From NCBI RefSeq assembly GCF_000143415.4, contig NW_003314289.1:1482293-1546292 (forward strand): a DNA stretch of 64,000 nt, read 5' to 3'. Below, one piece after another: positions 1-11,983 of the stretch (positions are counted from its first letter, which is position 1; every line of letters starts with the position of its first letter). A program made the position numbers and the translations under genes. Under the pieces are notes generated by a model. The model was not told the DNA's origin. It did no database searches and saw only the letters and a program-made list of their open reading frames with translations. This stretch comes from Selaginella moellendorffii (lineage: Eukaryota; Plantae; Lycopodiophyta).

Positions 1-906
1 GTTAATAATTAAAAAAGCTGCATTAGATTTCAATCGCTTCTTAACATATTTGACGCGCTTCAGCTTTTGGAATGGAGCCCAGTGACAGTATAGCAAACGT
101 ATCCACGGCGTATAAAGAGGAAAGTCCTAGCCTAGCGTACTTTCTCTTTTCTCTGTCTGGATAATTTCTTTTTACTTACTAAATTATCATTGGTAATAGC
201 TAGAATAATTAAGTTTGTCTCAGAGGCTAGGTTTGAAAAACTGGCGGGAAAAGCAGCCGTTTAAATTGCTGGGGTTTTTGTTGCTCAAGAACCCTAATCG
301 CGTGTGGGGACAAGACGTAAGATCGGCGAACAGCGAGCGCAGCAGCGGCGCCCTGGCTCTCTCTGGCGCTCGCATTAATCTAGTACTCGCACTGGTAAGC
401 GCCTCGTTCGTCTCTTCTTGGCATCTTGTTGGCCAATGGCTGTGTGCGATTCATACGGCTCCATTTGGTGGTACATATCTGATTCGCATTCAAATCGAGT
501 CAAGTCCACCTCTTCTTTCCCCAGCGCCAGGCCTCCAGTGTGGAGCGAAATAGAAAGGCCATAGATTTGCTACGGGATTCCTTGTTTTCCCACCCCACCT
601 CCTCGGTTCTCCAAGTTTTCTCCCAATTGTTTTTTCGCCCCCTTGCATGCTTTTATCTTTGTTTTTTTCGTGTTGGTGGAGCTCTGCCTGATTCTCTTAA
701 GTATGAATCTCTCTTTTTCCTTTTTTTTTTTTTCCTCTCTTCTCGTTGGTGTTGTTGCTAAGCGTGCTGTGGAGCCTGGTCTTGTTCTTTTGGTGCTGGT
801 GGTGCTCTGATTCTTCTTTCCTTCTTTCGTTGCTTGCTTTCGTGGGTCTCTTCTATATATGTGTACATATCTCTGGCAAGGATAGGACTTGGCATCTTCC
901 ATATGT

Positions 907-1687
907 ATGCGTCGTAGGACAGACCCAACATCTGGTGCAGAGCTGAGGAGTCCTTGCAAATGCACAGACGCGAGCAGTAGCGGCAGCAAACCAACTACCA
1001 TACAAATATGCTGCGAGCGATGCGATGATATCAAAACAAAGAGGGGGAAAAATCCATCCAAAAAGCCTGGCTTCGGCAATTACAACCTCGCGAGCTGGAC
1101 AGAGAAGGTGCCGCTTCATCTTCATACCATTTTGACATCAATCAGGCTCACCAGGTGTGTGTATGCTGCTCTAAGTATCTTTGCTCCTTTCGCTTCTCAA
1201 CTTGGCTTGATTGTTGGTACTTGCATTACCCATTTTCGTAAGCTGTGGTGGGATTCTTTCTCGTAGTTACTGTCGGGGCTTTGCGTGTGATTGTTCCATC
1301 TTTTCTCGTTTTAGCTAAAGCTGTACAGGCGGCTTTCTCTGTGAGTGCTGTTTCTTTCCTTTAGTTTACTTTTTCGGTCTTTTGCGTCGTCACTTTGCGT
1401 AGCTCCTCTGGTACAGTATGGGGGCGCACTCTGCATAATTCTGTGCATCTTGTAGAGCTACTAGTAGTAGTAGCAGTAGTAGTAGAAGGAAGTAGTAGTA
1501 GAAATCGTAGTCGAATGCTTTGCTGATACGATTCTTTCATACTAGTGCGTCTCTGCGTGTACTGTCTAGTTGGCAGCAGCAATACGTACAAGGCTCTGAT
1601 CCATTTTATCTTTTCAGTGAATCAGGAAGGGAGCGAGCGCTTGCCTACTGCTACTTATACTACGTTGTACAAGTCCTTAGAGCTTAA
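907..1687 (+). CDS. Candidate spliced upstream ORF (105 aa; exons 907-1154 and 1618-1687) in the leader of the LRR-RLK
   Basis: ATG at 907. Donor CAG|GTGTGT at 1155; acceptor TTTTCAG| at 1617 with a CTGAT branch-like motif upstream. The spliced frame stays open to TAA 1685-1687 (...GFGNYNLASWTEKVPLHLHTILTSIRLTSESGRERALAYCYLYYVVQVLRA*). Confidence 0.4.
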
Positions 1688-1959
1688 CCAGGTTCCAGCG
1701 AATGTACACTGTAAACAAACAACTTGGAGTTTCCCAGACTTACAAGAGGACGACGACTCTACTCACAGGGAAAACCAGGACTCGAGGGTATATCAGACGA
1801 GGACAAAGGTTTTGATGCTGCTGGGCTCGTAGTGGAAACAAGGCTTCTCAACAAGTCAAGTGGTGGTGGCACTGGAGGAGGTACCTTTTAGCTAAGCTAA
1901 GAAGGAGCTCTATACACGGAAGAGGTAGAAGTCTAGAAGGCCGGAATTCGAGACAGGGC

Positions 1960-4900
1960 ATGGGGACGAATACGAACTCGACGAGCATTACACCGGAAAA
2001 ACGGAAGACAGAGCAGGGAATGCTCCGGACTTCAGCAGCTACGCTGGTGGTTTTGGCTCTCCTTCTCCTCCAACAGGCTCAACTTTCCTCTTCTCAAGCC
2101 TCTCAGGATGCTGTCAATCTCCTGGCATTGAAACTGGACATCGTGGATGGGCTGGGATATCTATCGGACTGGAAAGGTTCTACGACAACGCCATGCAGCT
2201 GGACGGGTGTGACTTGCGACGACGAGCACCAGATATCCAGCTTGAATCTCGCCTCCATGAACCTGACAGGTAGAGTCAATGAAAACATTGGTCTGCTCAG
2301 CTCGCTTTCAGTGCTCAACCTCAGCGACAACTCCCTCAGCGGCGATCTTCCGCTGGCGATGACAAGCCTCACGAATCTCGACACCCTGGACATCAGTGAG
2401 AATCAATTCACCGGTCGTCTCACCAATGCGATTGCCAATTTACATCTCTTGACGTTCTTCTCGGCTCATGACAACAACTTCACGGGACCGCTGCCGTCGC
2501 AGATGGCTCGTCTGGTCGACTTGGAGCTGCTCGACTTGGCTGGAAGCTATTTCTCTGGGAGCATCCCTCCGGAGTATGGGAATCTGACCAAGCTCAAGAC
2601 GCTCAAGCTCTCTGGGAACTTGCTCACTGGAGAGATACCGGCAGAGTTGGGGAACTTGGTAGAGTTGAACCACTTGGAACTTGGCTACAACAATTACAGC
2701 GGAGGAATTCCAAGAGAGTTTGGGAAGCTCGTCCAGCTCGAGTACCTGGATATGTCGCTGACAGGCCTCTCCGGAAGTATACCAGCAGAGATGGGAAACT
2801 TGGTCCAGTGCCACACCGTTTTTCTCTACAAGAACAGGCTCTCCGGGATTCTACCTCCAGAGATTGGCAACATGAGCGGACTTATGTCACTGGATATCTC
2901 GGACAATCAACTCAGCGGGCCAATTCCGGAAAGCTTCTCGAGGCTGGGCAGGCTCACTCTCCTCCATCTCATGATGAACAACTTAAACGGTTCCATTCCC
3001 GAGCAGCTGGGAGAGCTAGAAAATCTGGAGACTCTATCCGTGTGGAATAATCTCATCACCGGGACGATTCCTCCTCGACTCGGCCACACGAGGAGCTTGA
3101 GCTGGATCGACGTCTCGTCCAATCTTATATCGGGGGAGATCCCTCGCGGGATCTGCAAAGGTGGCTCTTTGATCAAGCTGGAGCTCTTCTCCAATTCTCT
3201 CACCGGTACCATCCCCGACATGACTAACTGTAAGTGGCTCTTTCGAGCTCGGTTCCACGACAACCATCTCTCGGGCCCGATACCAGCGGCATTCGGGGCT
3301 ATGCCGAATCTCACGCGGCTGGAACTCTCCAAAAACTGGCTCAACGGAAGCATTCCGGAAGATATCTCGGCCGCTCCACGCCTGGCTTTCATCGACATCT
3401 CCAGCAACAGGCTGGAAGGCAGTATACCGCCCCGAGTGTGGAGCATACCGCAGCTGCAAGAGCTCCATGCAGCCGGGAACGCGCTCTCCGGGGAGCTCAC
3501 CCCGTCTGTAGCCAATGCAACGAGAATGCTGGTGCTGGACCTGTCCGAGAACAAGCTCCAGGGGCCGATACCACCCGAGATCGTCTACTGCTCTAAGTTG
3601 GTCACGCTCAACCTCCGGAAGAACACGCTGAGCGGACAAATCCCGGTGGCTCTAGCTTTGCTCCCGGTGCTCTCCGTCTTGGACCTGTCGTGGAACTCTC
3701 TCCAAGGGAGAATCCCAGCACAGTTTTCGCAGTCCCGGAGCTTGGAGGACTTCAACGTCTCATACAATAGTTTGTCCGGACAGCTCCCGACGTCCGGACT
3801 ATTCTCGTCTGCGAACCAGAGTGTCTTTGCCGGGAACCTCGGGCTGTGTGGAGGAATTCTTCCACCCTGCGGCTCAAGAGGGAGCTCCTCCAATTCAGCT
3901 GGTACCTCGTCGAGAAGAACGGGACAGTGGCTCATGACGATCTTCTTCGTGCTGTCATTCGTCATACTCTTGGTCGGAGTGAGGTATCTCCACAAGCGCT
4001 ACGGATGGAACTTCCCGTGTGGATACCGGAGCAAGCATTGCGTCCGAGACTCGGCCGGTTCCTGCGAGTGGCCGTGGAAGATGACGGCCTTCCAGCGGCT
4101 GGGCTTCACGGTGGAGGAGCTTCTCGAGTGCATCCGTGACAAGAACATCATCGGCAAAGGCGGGATGGGGGTGGTGTACAAGGCCGAGATGGCGAGCGGC
4201 GAGGTGGTGGCGCTCAAGCAGCTTTGCAACAACAAAGAGAGCTACTACACCGACCAGGGGTTCCTGTCCGAGGTGAAAGTTCTGGGGGGGATAAGGCACA
4301 GGAACATCGTCCGGCTGCTGGGATACTGCTCCAATCACCACACCGACATGCTGCTCTACGAGTACATGCCGAATGGAAGCTTGAGTGATCTTCTCCACGG
4401 ACAGAAGAACTCTTCCAGCCTCTTGGCGGACTGGGTTGCGAGGTACAACATCGCAATGGGAGTGGCGCAGGGGCTGGCTTACTTGCACCACGACTGCTTC
4501 CCTCACGTCATAATTCACAGGGATGTCAAGTCGAGCAACATTCTCCTGGATCACAACATGGACGCCAGAGTTGCGGACTTTGGTCTTGCAAAGCTGATCG
4601 AGGCGCGAGAATCCATGTCCGTTGTTGCTGGCTCGTATGGTTACATCGCTCCAGGTATGAGCTACTCGTTCCTTGGTTTGTTTGTTTGCTCATTCCTAGC
4701 TTGTTTGTTTGCTCATTCCTCCAGACAGTTTTTAGATCTGCTTAGATGAAAACAAATGCTTGAGTAGCTCTCGCTTGTTTCCTTCTTCTTTTCTTTTTTG
4801 GTTTTTCTATCGCTCTGCTACTCGTTCGTCTATTTATTCATTCACGCTTGTATCTTTTCTCTTTATTTTTTCTTTTCTTCCGTGATAGATATCGGTCATT

Positions 4901-5696
4901 CATTGCTTGAAAGTGTTGGTTCTGCTTTCCTGTTGGTTTGTACCAGGCCTTTTTTTTCGGCCTTGTAATAATCTATGTGCACTCTTTGCGATAGGATATG
5001 TTTGCTTGAGAGGTCTTGCTGTTTGGCCGCTTGTCCTGTTGGTTTCTTACAGGCTTTTTTCTTCCTTGTGCTTACGTTCCAGGCTTTTCTTTGTTTTACG
5101 TGCATGTTTTGGTCGTTGGTTGCAACTTTGTTCGTTTCACTCGATCTAAAAGTCGAAAACTTTGGGTTTTTGTGATTCCAGAGTACGCGTACACGATGAA
5201 AGTGAGAGAGAAAGGTGACATATACAGCTACGGCGTGGTGCTGCTGGAGCTCCTCACTGGCAAGCGGCCAATCGAGCCAGAGTTTGGAGAAGGCAGCAAC
5301 ATCGTCGACTGGGTCCACTCCAAGCTGCGAAAGGGGCGGCTGGTGGAAGTTCTCGACTGGAGCATTGGCTGCTGTGAGAGCGTCCGTGAGGAGATGCTGC
5401 TGGTGCTCAGAGTGGCGATGCTGTGCACAAGCAGGGCCCCTCGCGACAGGCCAACGATGCGAGACGTGGTGTCCATGCTCATCGAGGCGCAGCCCAGGAG
5501 AAAGCAACTCAGCTCCATCTCTAGCAGCAAAGCTAGCAGTGGCAAGAGGAGGAGCAATGATCAAGACGATGACGATGAAGAGGCTAAAGAAAAGGAGGAG
5601 CAAGAGGAGGATAGCTCACAGCAGCAGCAGCAAAAGAAGAAGAATAAGAAGATGAAGAAGCACGAACTGGAAGAACTCCAAGAATCTCTATCATAG
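1960..5696 (+). CDS. TDR: LRR receptor-like kinase, subfamily XI, TDR/PXY-like (exons 1960-4654 and 5182-5696)
   Basis: Signal peptide, CSWTGVTC cap, many LxxLxLxxNxLSGxIP repeats, TM helix, juxtamembrane WPWKMTAFQRLGFT, kinase motifs HRDVKSSNILL and DFG. The intron sits at the conserved GYIAP|E position (GT 4655, AG 5181). Confidence 0.9.
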
Positions 5697-7754
5697 TTAT
5701 AAATAACATTAATATTGAATGCAACAATGTTATGATAATCGATAAGGCAAAGTAATGTATTTCATTCCAACTTCCACAAAAATGAAAAGGAAAATTTGCA
5801 AGTGTATCTAGCCTTACCGCTAGATACACTTCGGGACAATAACAACACAGCTAATACGTCCCTGCTTCTCACAATCCCCCAACCCTAGGCAGCAAGAAAG
5901 AAGGCATCTTGGCATACCCATCCAATCCTCACAGCACAATTGGTGGCGAAATCCATCTCCCCATGGCATACCAAACTCTCTTGGATTCCAATAGCAATGC
6001 ATGTGAGGTTGTGATGTCCAGTTATTTTCATCAATTTGTCTTGAGAGAATAGAAAGCAACACCACCACGTCCATACTCTTGTTGATAGTCGTGCTAATTG
6101 ATATCATTTTTCTTCACTGATTAAGATCATGAGAGAAATTTTGGAAATTCTCCATTGCTCTCTATTATTGCTGCCGATCACACAGCATATGTGATATAAT
6201 ACATGTTTTTGAAGTCTTGTATTGCCCAGTTGGAGGCATGAGACTACAATGCTGAAGTATTAAACCAAGATTCATGTTTTGTTTGTTATGCTAACCAATT
6301 TTCATGTTTAGAGAACTATCTCGTATCTCATATCCCTCTACTTTTGCCAGTGCCAATGTCCACAAAAAGAAACAGAAAGAAACACTAAAGCAGCGCTCTT
6401 TTAGTTTTCATAACTCTTCATAACAATTTTGCTCTTTTCACCCTCCTCTCCACTACTTTTTTAAACTCTATTTTAATTATAACCTCTTCATTTTTTTCTC
6501 ATTAATAAAAATATTTTTATTTTTCAATATAAAAGTCAAAATAAAAGATAAAGAGCAACATAACTCTACTTCCTTTGGGATTGTGATATTTAAGTTAGTG
6601 TATAGATATTCAAATTTGGCACAATGGGATAAATAATGTTTTCAATTCTCACAGCCCTTTATTGAGTATAGTGTTAAGTTGAACAAGCAAAAGTGGCAAA
6701 GAATGTATATATTCAAAATTAAAGACTAAAGGGACCAAAGAGTGATAAGGTTTTCAATTTAAAGCTATTGTTGAAGCCATAATCATTTTAAGGATTACTA
6801 GTTTTCTCATTAAGTTTTTATATTTTTAAATGGAAATATACATACTTTCTATAATTGTTATTTATAAACCAGACTTAAATGAAAGTAATTTTAGCCATAA
6901 TATTCTGGTTTTGGACATTACAACTTTCCATTTCTGATTAGGGCAAATAGGAACCTTTTATTAAATATTTCTATATTTAGATATCACATTGATAATTTGT
7001 ATAGTTCTATTACAATAAAGTTTCACTAAGAAAAAAACTATACCTAATTTTATTGTGGATTCTAGAAATTTGCAGTCTTTTTTATAAATTATTTCCAGTT
7101 GAAAAAGAAAACTTAATCCATCCTTAATGAAATTTATAGGTATATATAAATGAATATTATATGGAGAATAAATTTAAATTTTAGTATTTATTTGTATTTT
7201 ACTTACGTACAAATCATTGTTATTTGCCAAGAATAAGTACTCACTTATTCTATCAAATGGTGTAAATAATATATATTAGCTTAAAAGTAAAAATTAATAA
7301 TTGCCACTATAAAAGTAATTTTATTAAAAAAAATTTATTGATTAGATTTTATTTAATAGTTATTAAGATAACCTAAAGTATAAAAGAAATTCTAGATATT
7401 TATATTTTATAATTACATGTGGAATAATGATTATTAAAACAAGTAATAAACGTTTTAACATAGATAATTTTAATTAGAATTTTTTATTTACAAAATCTTA
7501 TTAATTTATTGTATAATTTAACTAATTTAATATACTTACCAAAATCCAAATAATACTTATTTTCCTATGCATAAGAAATGTTTACTTCTGTCTTTTCATT
7601 ACAAAGAAGAGATGGCATAGCCCCTGCATGCCCGGAAGAACAAGCAAATTTTATGCTAAAACTCTTCCTTTCTCACCTTCCTTTCTCTTCTTCCTCAAGT
7701 CCCTCTCCTTCCCCTTTGTTTTCTTTCATTTCCTCTTTGATTCGCTCTTCTTCT

Positions 7755-8363
7755 TCATCGTGGCTGCCCCGCAGCACTACTCCCGCCTTGCATCCAGTAA
7801 GATTGCTGGCTACTCCCACCATACCTGGACGACGATCCTCCAGGCGCATAGCCTTGTGATTGCTGCTGCTGCTGGATCAGCGATCCCATCCCCATCATCC
7901 CACCACCACCATTTTGATTCTGAAACTGCTGGAAATCACCACCACCACCACCACCACCACCAGCGCCACCACCGCCACCTTGCTGCTTCACGTTGGCCTT
8001 CTCTCCCTCAGTCTCTCGGTACCTCTGAAGATAGAGCTTGAGTGGATCGATGTAATCCTCGAATCCCAGCGTCCCCATCGCCCAGAGGAGATCATCGCCA
8101 TTGATGGTCTTGCGCTTCTCGCGCTTGCATTTGTCCGAGGCCTCGCCGGTGATGAAGCTGATAAACTCGGACACGCACTCCTGGACGGTCTCCTTGGCGT
8201 CCTTGGAGATTTTGGCATTGCCGGGCAGGACCTTCTTCATGATCCGGCTCACGTTGGCGATGGGGAGGAATCGCTCCTGCTCTTTCACCGAGGAGTAATT
8301 CCCCCCACCGGATTCGTTGTCCGAGTGTGGGCTGCTCTCCGGCGTGCCTGGGTAATCCGCCAT
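7755..8363 (-). CDS. NF-YB: Nuclear factor Y subunit B (non-LEC1 type), intronless
   Basis: Histone-fold [17 protein letters not shown]...[18 protein letters not shown]...[20 protein letters not shown] has Lys where LEC1-type proteins have Asp. Confidence 0.95.
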   Translation of the reverse strand: MADYPGTPESSPHSDNESGGGNYSSVKEQERFLPIANVSRIMKKVLPGNAKISKDAKETVQECVSEFISFITGEASDKCKREKRKTINGDDLLWAMGTLGFEDYIDPLKLYLQRYRETEGEKANVKQQGGGGGAGGGGGGGGDFQQFQNQNGGGGMMGMGSLIQQQQQSQGYAPGGSSSRYGGSSQQSYWMQGGSSAAGQPR

Positions 8364-9051
8364 GGCGCTGCGCTACAATCGTTCTCCTCCTCCCTCCGCG
8401 GATCGCTGGATGGAGGGATGGACAATCGACGCTCCCCTGACACGAAATTCCGAGAGAAATCAGCGCAAAGAAGGAAAAGGAGCTGGGATTTCTGGAAGAT
8501 CTCCCTCTACGGTCTCTCACGAGCCCTAATTCCCCGGGAGAGAGAAGAATGCGCGCTTGACCAAGCCAATCCCATGCTCCAATTCCAAGAGAGATTGCTT
8601 TCCTTCTTACCTAGATAGCGATGGCGATGGGAGAGTCCCGCACCGCCAGCTCCTCGCCGCTCGATCGCACCGGCACCGCCGCCACCCAGCGCCGCCGCCG
8701 CCACATTCTTGCTCCTCTTCGCCACGCCGATACCTAGCAGCAACAAAAAGGAGGAAAGAACACACCACCAAATGTGGAACAAGATAGAAAGAAAGAAAGA
8801 AGAAAAAAATTAACTTTTTTTTTTCTGGAGTCAAAAAAAATTGGGAGGATTTATCTATTCATCGCCTGCCTGGATAAAAAGAAAAGATGAAAACGTGTCG
8901 CCGGTTCGATTCCCACCAAGCCCGCTCTTCTCTCTTTTCTCTTCTCTCACACCAACGTTTGTGTTCTTCGTTGTGTGTTCTTCGTGTTCTTCGATTGTTC
9001 TTCGTGAATCCTGGATGGATTTTTTTCCTGTTTTTTTTTTCTTGCTTGGGC

Positions 9052-10368
9052 TCATGTGTGCGAGGCTGTTGATGCGACCCAAATCGGATACAGCTGCTGC
9101 CCGACTTTGCAATCCACCCTCCCAAACAGGAAGGACCACAAAACGTTGACGATGCCGGTGCCATAGTCCATGCTGTTGCCACAGAGCTCGTTTAGCTCGT
9201 CGGCAACGCGCTGAGCGTCACTGGACACGTCGCCTAATGCCCACGCTAGTGATATGTGAGGCCGAGGAGTCTGCCAAAGGAAAGAAAAACGGAGAAGAAA
9301 TCCTCAAAACCAAACGAAGAAGGAAACGCAAAGGCTTACATCGTAGAATGGTGGGAGGCCGTGGAGCTTGTAAGCCTCAGTAACCAGCGCTATTTGCCTG
9401 CGAATCTACAACCACAAAGCAAATGAAACTGTCAAGAGAAACGAAACCAAACGAGGACACCTTACGTCGGATAATCCTCCAGACACAACTTCCAATCCGA
9501 GAAACGTTCTCGATCGATCATCGTTCAAGTAAACCTCCCATCTCCCAAACTCGATCCAGAACCTAGCTAAACGTGCAATGTCAGCGAGGAGAAACCGCGA
9601 GAAAACAAAGCTAACTCACCGTTTCTGGCTTTCAAACTTGTGTCTCAGCAGGGGGATGAGCGTGTCAATCTGGTGGACTCTAATCGGGACTGTTCTCGAG
9701 AGACTGATGTGGAACTCTTTGGCGAGCTGTATGCCGGAGTCGGCGTTTGAGCGAGAAGTTGTGTCTCTGCGCTTGAAACTCACGACAATGTCGTCGTCCA
9801 TCCCACGCAACTGGGGCATCATACTTGATGCTTTACCAAGTAGTGACTCCAAGACATTCCGTGCTCCAAGCGTGACAGGAACTAGAAATCAAGAACACCA
9901 CAACTTAGATATGGATATAAGAACAGATCACGCAGCTTACCAGGAATGTTTACGTAGGATGGAAAATTCCCTTCGACATGTGGGAATGTGCGTTTTCGTC
10001 CAGCATGACTGGGTGGTATCACTGCAAGAAGAAAACAATGGTAAGAACACCGAAAAAAAAAAAGGCATAAGCGAGAAGAAGACAATGCTAAGAACAAGCA
10101 GCTCTTTTGGAAAGAAAAGAAGTATGAGCGAAACGAAATGAAGAAGAACAAAGATCAAAGGAGCTCTTTTCCGAGACTTACGAGCATCTGGAATTTGGTC
10201 CAGCTCCGATGGAGGTGGCGGCAACGGGTTAAGGTTGTAGATCGAGTAGCGCGACTTGGTGCGTACTTTTTGCTTTCTCTTTGGAGGGCTGCTGGCGGTG
10301 GAAAATCGAGAATCGTCCGTGTCGGAGCCCGACGGAGATGTGTTGTAGAACATTTGTATTTCTTCCAT
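9052..10368 (-). CDS. USB1: U6 snRNA 2H phosphodiesterase, multi-exon
   Basis: Exons encode GRKRTFPHVEGNF, EFHISLSRTVPIRVHQI, NDDRSRTFLGLEV, LHGLPPFYD and PRPHISLAWALGD (two HxS motifs). Short GT-AG introns; stop TGA at 9052-9054. Confidence 0.88.
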
Positions 10369-10699
10369 GACCCTCTAGCAAAAATCGAAGAATCCCTCTG
10401 TCCAACTATTTCCGCTCCTCGTCCATAGCATTCTCCCTCATTTCACCTTGGCGAGTGCCTCATCGGTGGGAAGACCATAAACCCTGTACCTTGCGGGAGA
10501 GTGGTGCCCCTAGAATCACTGCGCGGCTAAATCTGTGGCGCCATACCTGGGGCAACGAGGGCGCCACGTGGCGCCCGTTGTCGATCGTGTTTCCCGGAGC
10601 GCGATTGTGACGGATCAGCCTCTCCTCCGCTCAAGGGACGCAATGCTTGGAAAGAGAAAGGAGGAGGAACCCTAAAATTGCCACATTTGCCCCAAATTC

Positions 10700-11590
10700 T
10701 CAAGGAAAACGCCTTAATATTTTATTGTCGTTTGAACTAATTATGTATACAAATCCATCATCGTCCACAGAAAGTGTTGTTGATTTACATGTTGGACAAT
10801 TAAAATTTATAAACCATATTTCTATATCTCGAAAATCCTTTATAGTTAATTTTCCAGTCTCTAAAAGCAACCAACAGTCAATACCTTTGTTAGAAGTCCC
10901 ATTTTCCCATAAAACATGTACTCTTTTCCAAGTTATAACTAGATTACAATTTTGCTTTAGATTTAATTCATATTCTCCATTTGGAGAAATTAAAGTATTA
11001 GAATTCAGTAGATAAGATCCAAAATCATGTTTTTCACCACTCACAAGTGAAGATCTGTAAATCCAACAGTTATTAACAGCTGTATTTATAGAATTTTTAG
11101 TTTTCACCATGATAAAATTGTTAGTATTCTTAGATCCATATTTTCTAGCATTTAGTAGTTTATATTTGATGCCCACATAATTTAAAGTAGCAATCATAAA
11201 ACCATAGTTTCCTACTCGAGCTTCTCTTAACACATCAAATAAAAGCTCATTAAGTTTTCCAATAATTTCTTCCCCTGATGCTCCTCCTCCTGTTCCTATT
11301 CGAGCTAAATTACACATGCCACTAGGCCTTTTACTATAAATCCAGATGGTAACTTCAATAACTTTATCTGATAAGTAAAGATAATCAGTCCAAGTAAATG
11401 CACTATAGTATTTATGTGTTTCTTCTATTTTTGTGTCCATGAGCTCTACTAAGAATTTTCCAATTTTATTAATATCATTTTTAGTAATGAAATTGTAAAG
11501 TGAAATAGCATCCCAATTTACATCATCTTGAATGGTCAAATTTGCTAATTGGGAAAATATTATGAGAAGAAGAGAAATCCTGGCACTCAT
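10700..11590 (-). CDS. Secreted protein with an unknown N-terminal domain and a C-terminal bulb-type (B) lectin domain; very AT-rich, intronless
   Basis: Hydrophobic N-terminus MSARISLLLIIFSQ. The C-terminal LISPNGEYELNLKQNCNLVI...VLWENGT...LLLETGKLTI...LSVDDDGFVYI matches the B-lectin repeat pattern. The ORF is long and open despite high AT. Confidence 0.6.
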   Translation of the reverse strand: MSARISLLLIIFSQLANLTIQDDVNWDAISLYNFITKNDINKIGKFLVELMDTKIEETHKYYSAFTWTDYLYLSDKVIEVTIWIYSKRPSGMCNLARIGTGGGASGEEIIGKLNELLFDVLREARVGNYGFMIATLNYVGIKYKLLNARKYGSKNTNNFIMVKTKNSINTAVNNCWIYRSSLVSGEKHDFGSYLLNSNTLISPNGEYELNLKQNCNLVITWKRVHVLWENGTSNKGIDCWLLLETGKLTIKDFRDIEIWFINFNCPTCKSTTLSVDDDGFVYIISSNDNKILRRFP

Positions 11591-11681
11591 AATAAAATAA
11601 GAAATTAAGTTCCTAATGATATAATTATCATAAGGAAAAAAGCCACATTTCATCAATTATGTCACCAAAAGCTGTCGTTGG

Positions 11682-11983
11682 TGTAGATTGAGTAGTGTGA
11701 CTTGGTGTGTGCTTTTTTCCTTTCTCTTTGGAGGGCTGCTAGCGGTGGAAAAATCAAGATTCATCCATGCAGGAGCCCAATGGAGATGTGTTGTACAACA
11801 TTCTCTAGCAATAATCAAAGAATCCCTCTGTGTCCAACTATTCCTCATTTGCCTTAGCAGGTACCTCATTGGTGGAAAAGACTATAAACCCTGTACATTG
11901 AATCACCGTGTGGCTAAATCTGTGGCACTTGGGGCAATGCCATGTGGTACCTGTTGTCAATTGTGTTTCTCAAAGAGTGATTA
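11682..11983 (-). repeat. Decayed duplicate of the USB1 promoter and 5' coding region (copy of ~10235-10606)
   Basis: Colinear match with many CG->TG/CA changes and small deletions, one of which removes the USB1 ATG. Confidence 0.85.

Noticed and set aside
2103-4554. Long antisense ORFs over the kinase (likewise over eRF1, BAHD and the transposase)
   Set aside because: Shadow ORFs of GC-rich coding sequence with no recognisable motifs.
5510-5696. Charged low-complexity tail on the kinase as an NLS or novel domain
   Set aside because: Built from simple trinucleotide-like repeats; no evidence of function.
5820-6110. Possible PPR pseudogene fragment on the minus strand
   Set aside because: Only faint motif resemblance; cannot be supported by eye.
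7755-8363. LEC1-type NF-YB
   Set aside because: Lacks the diagnostic Asp (has AKISKDAK) and the other LEC1-specific residues.
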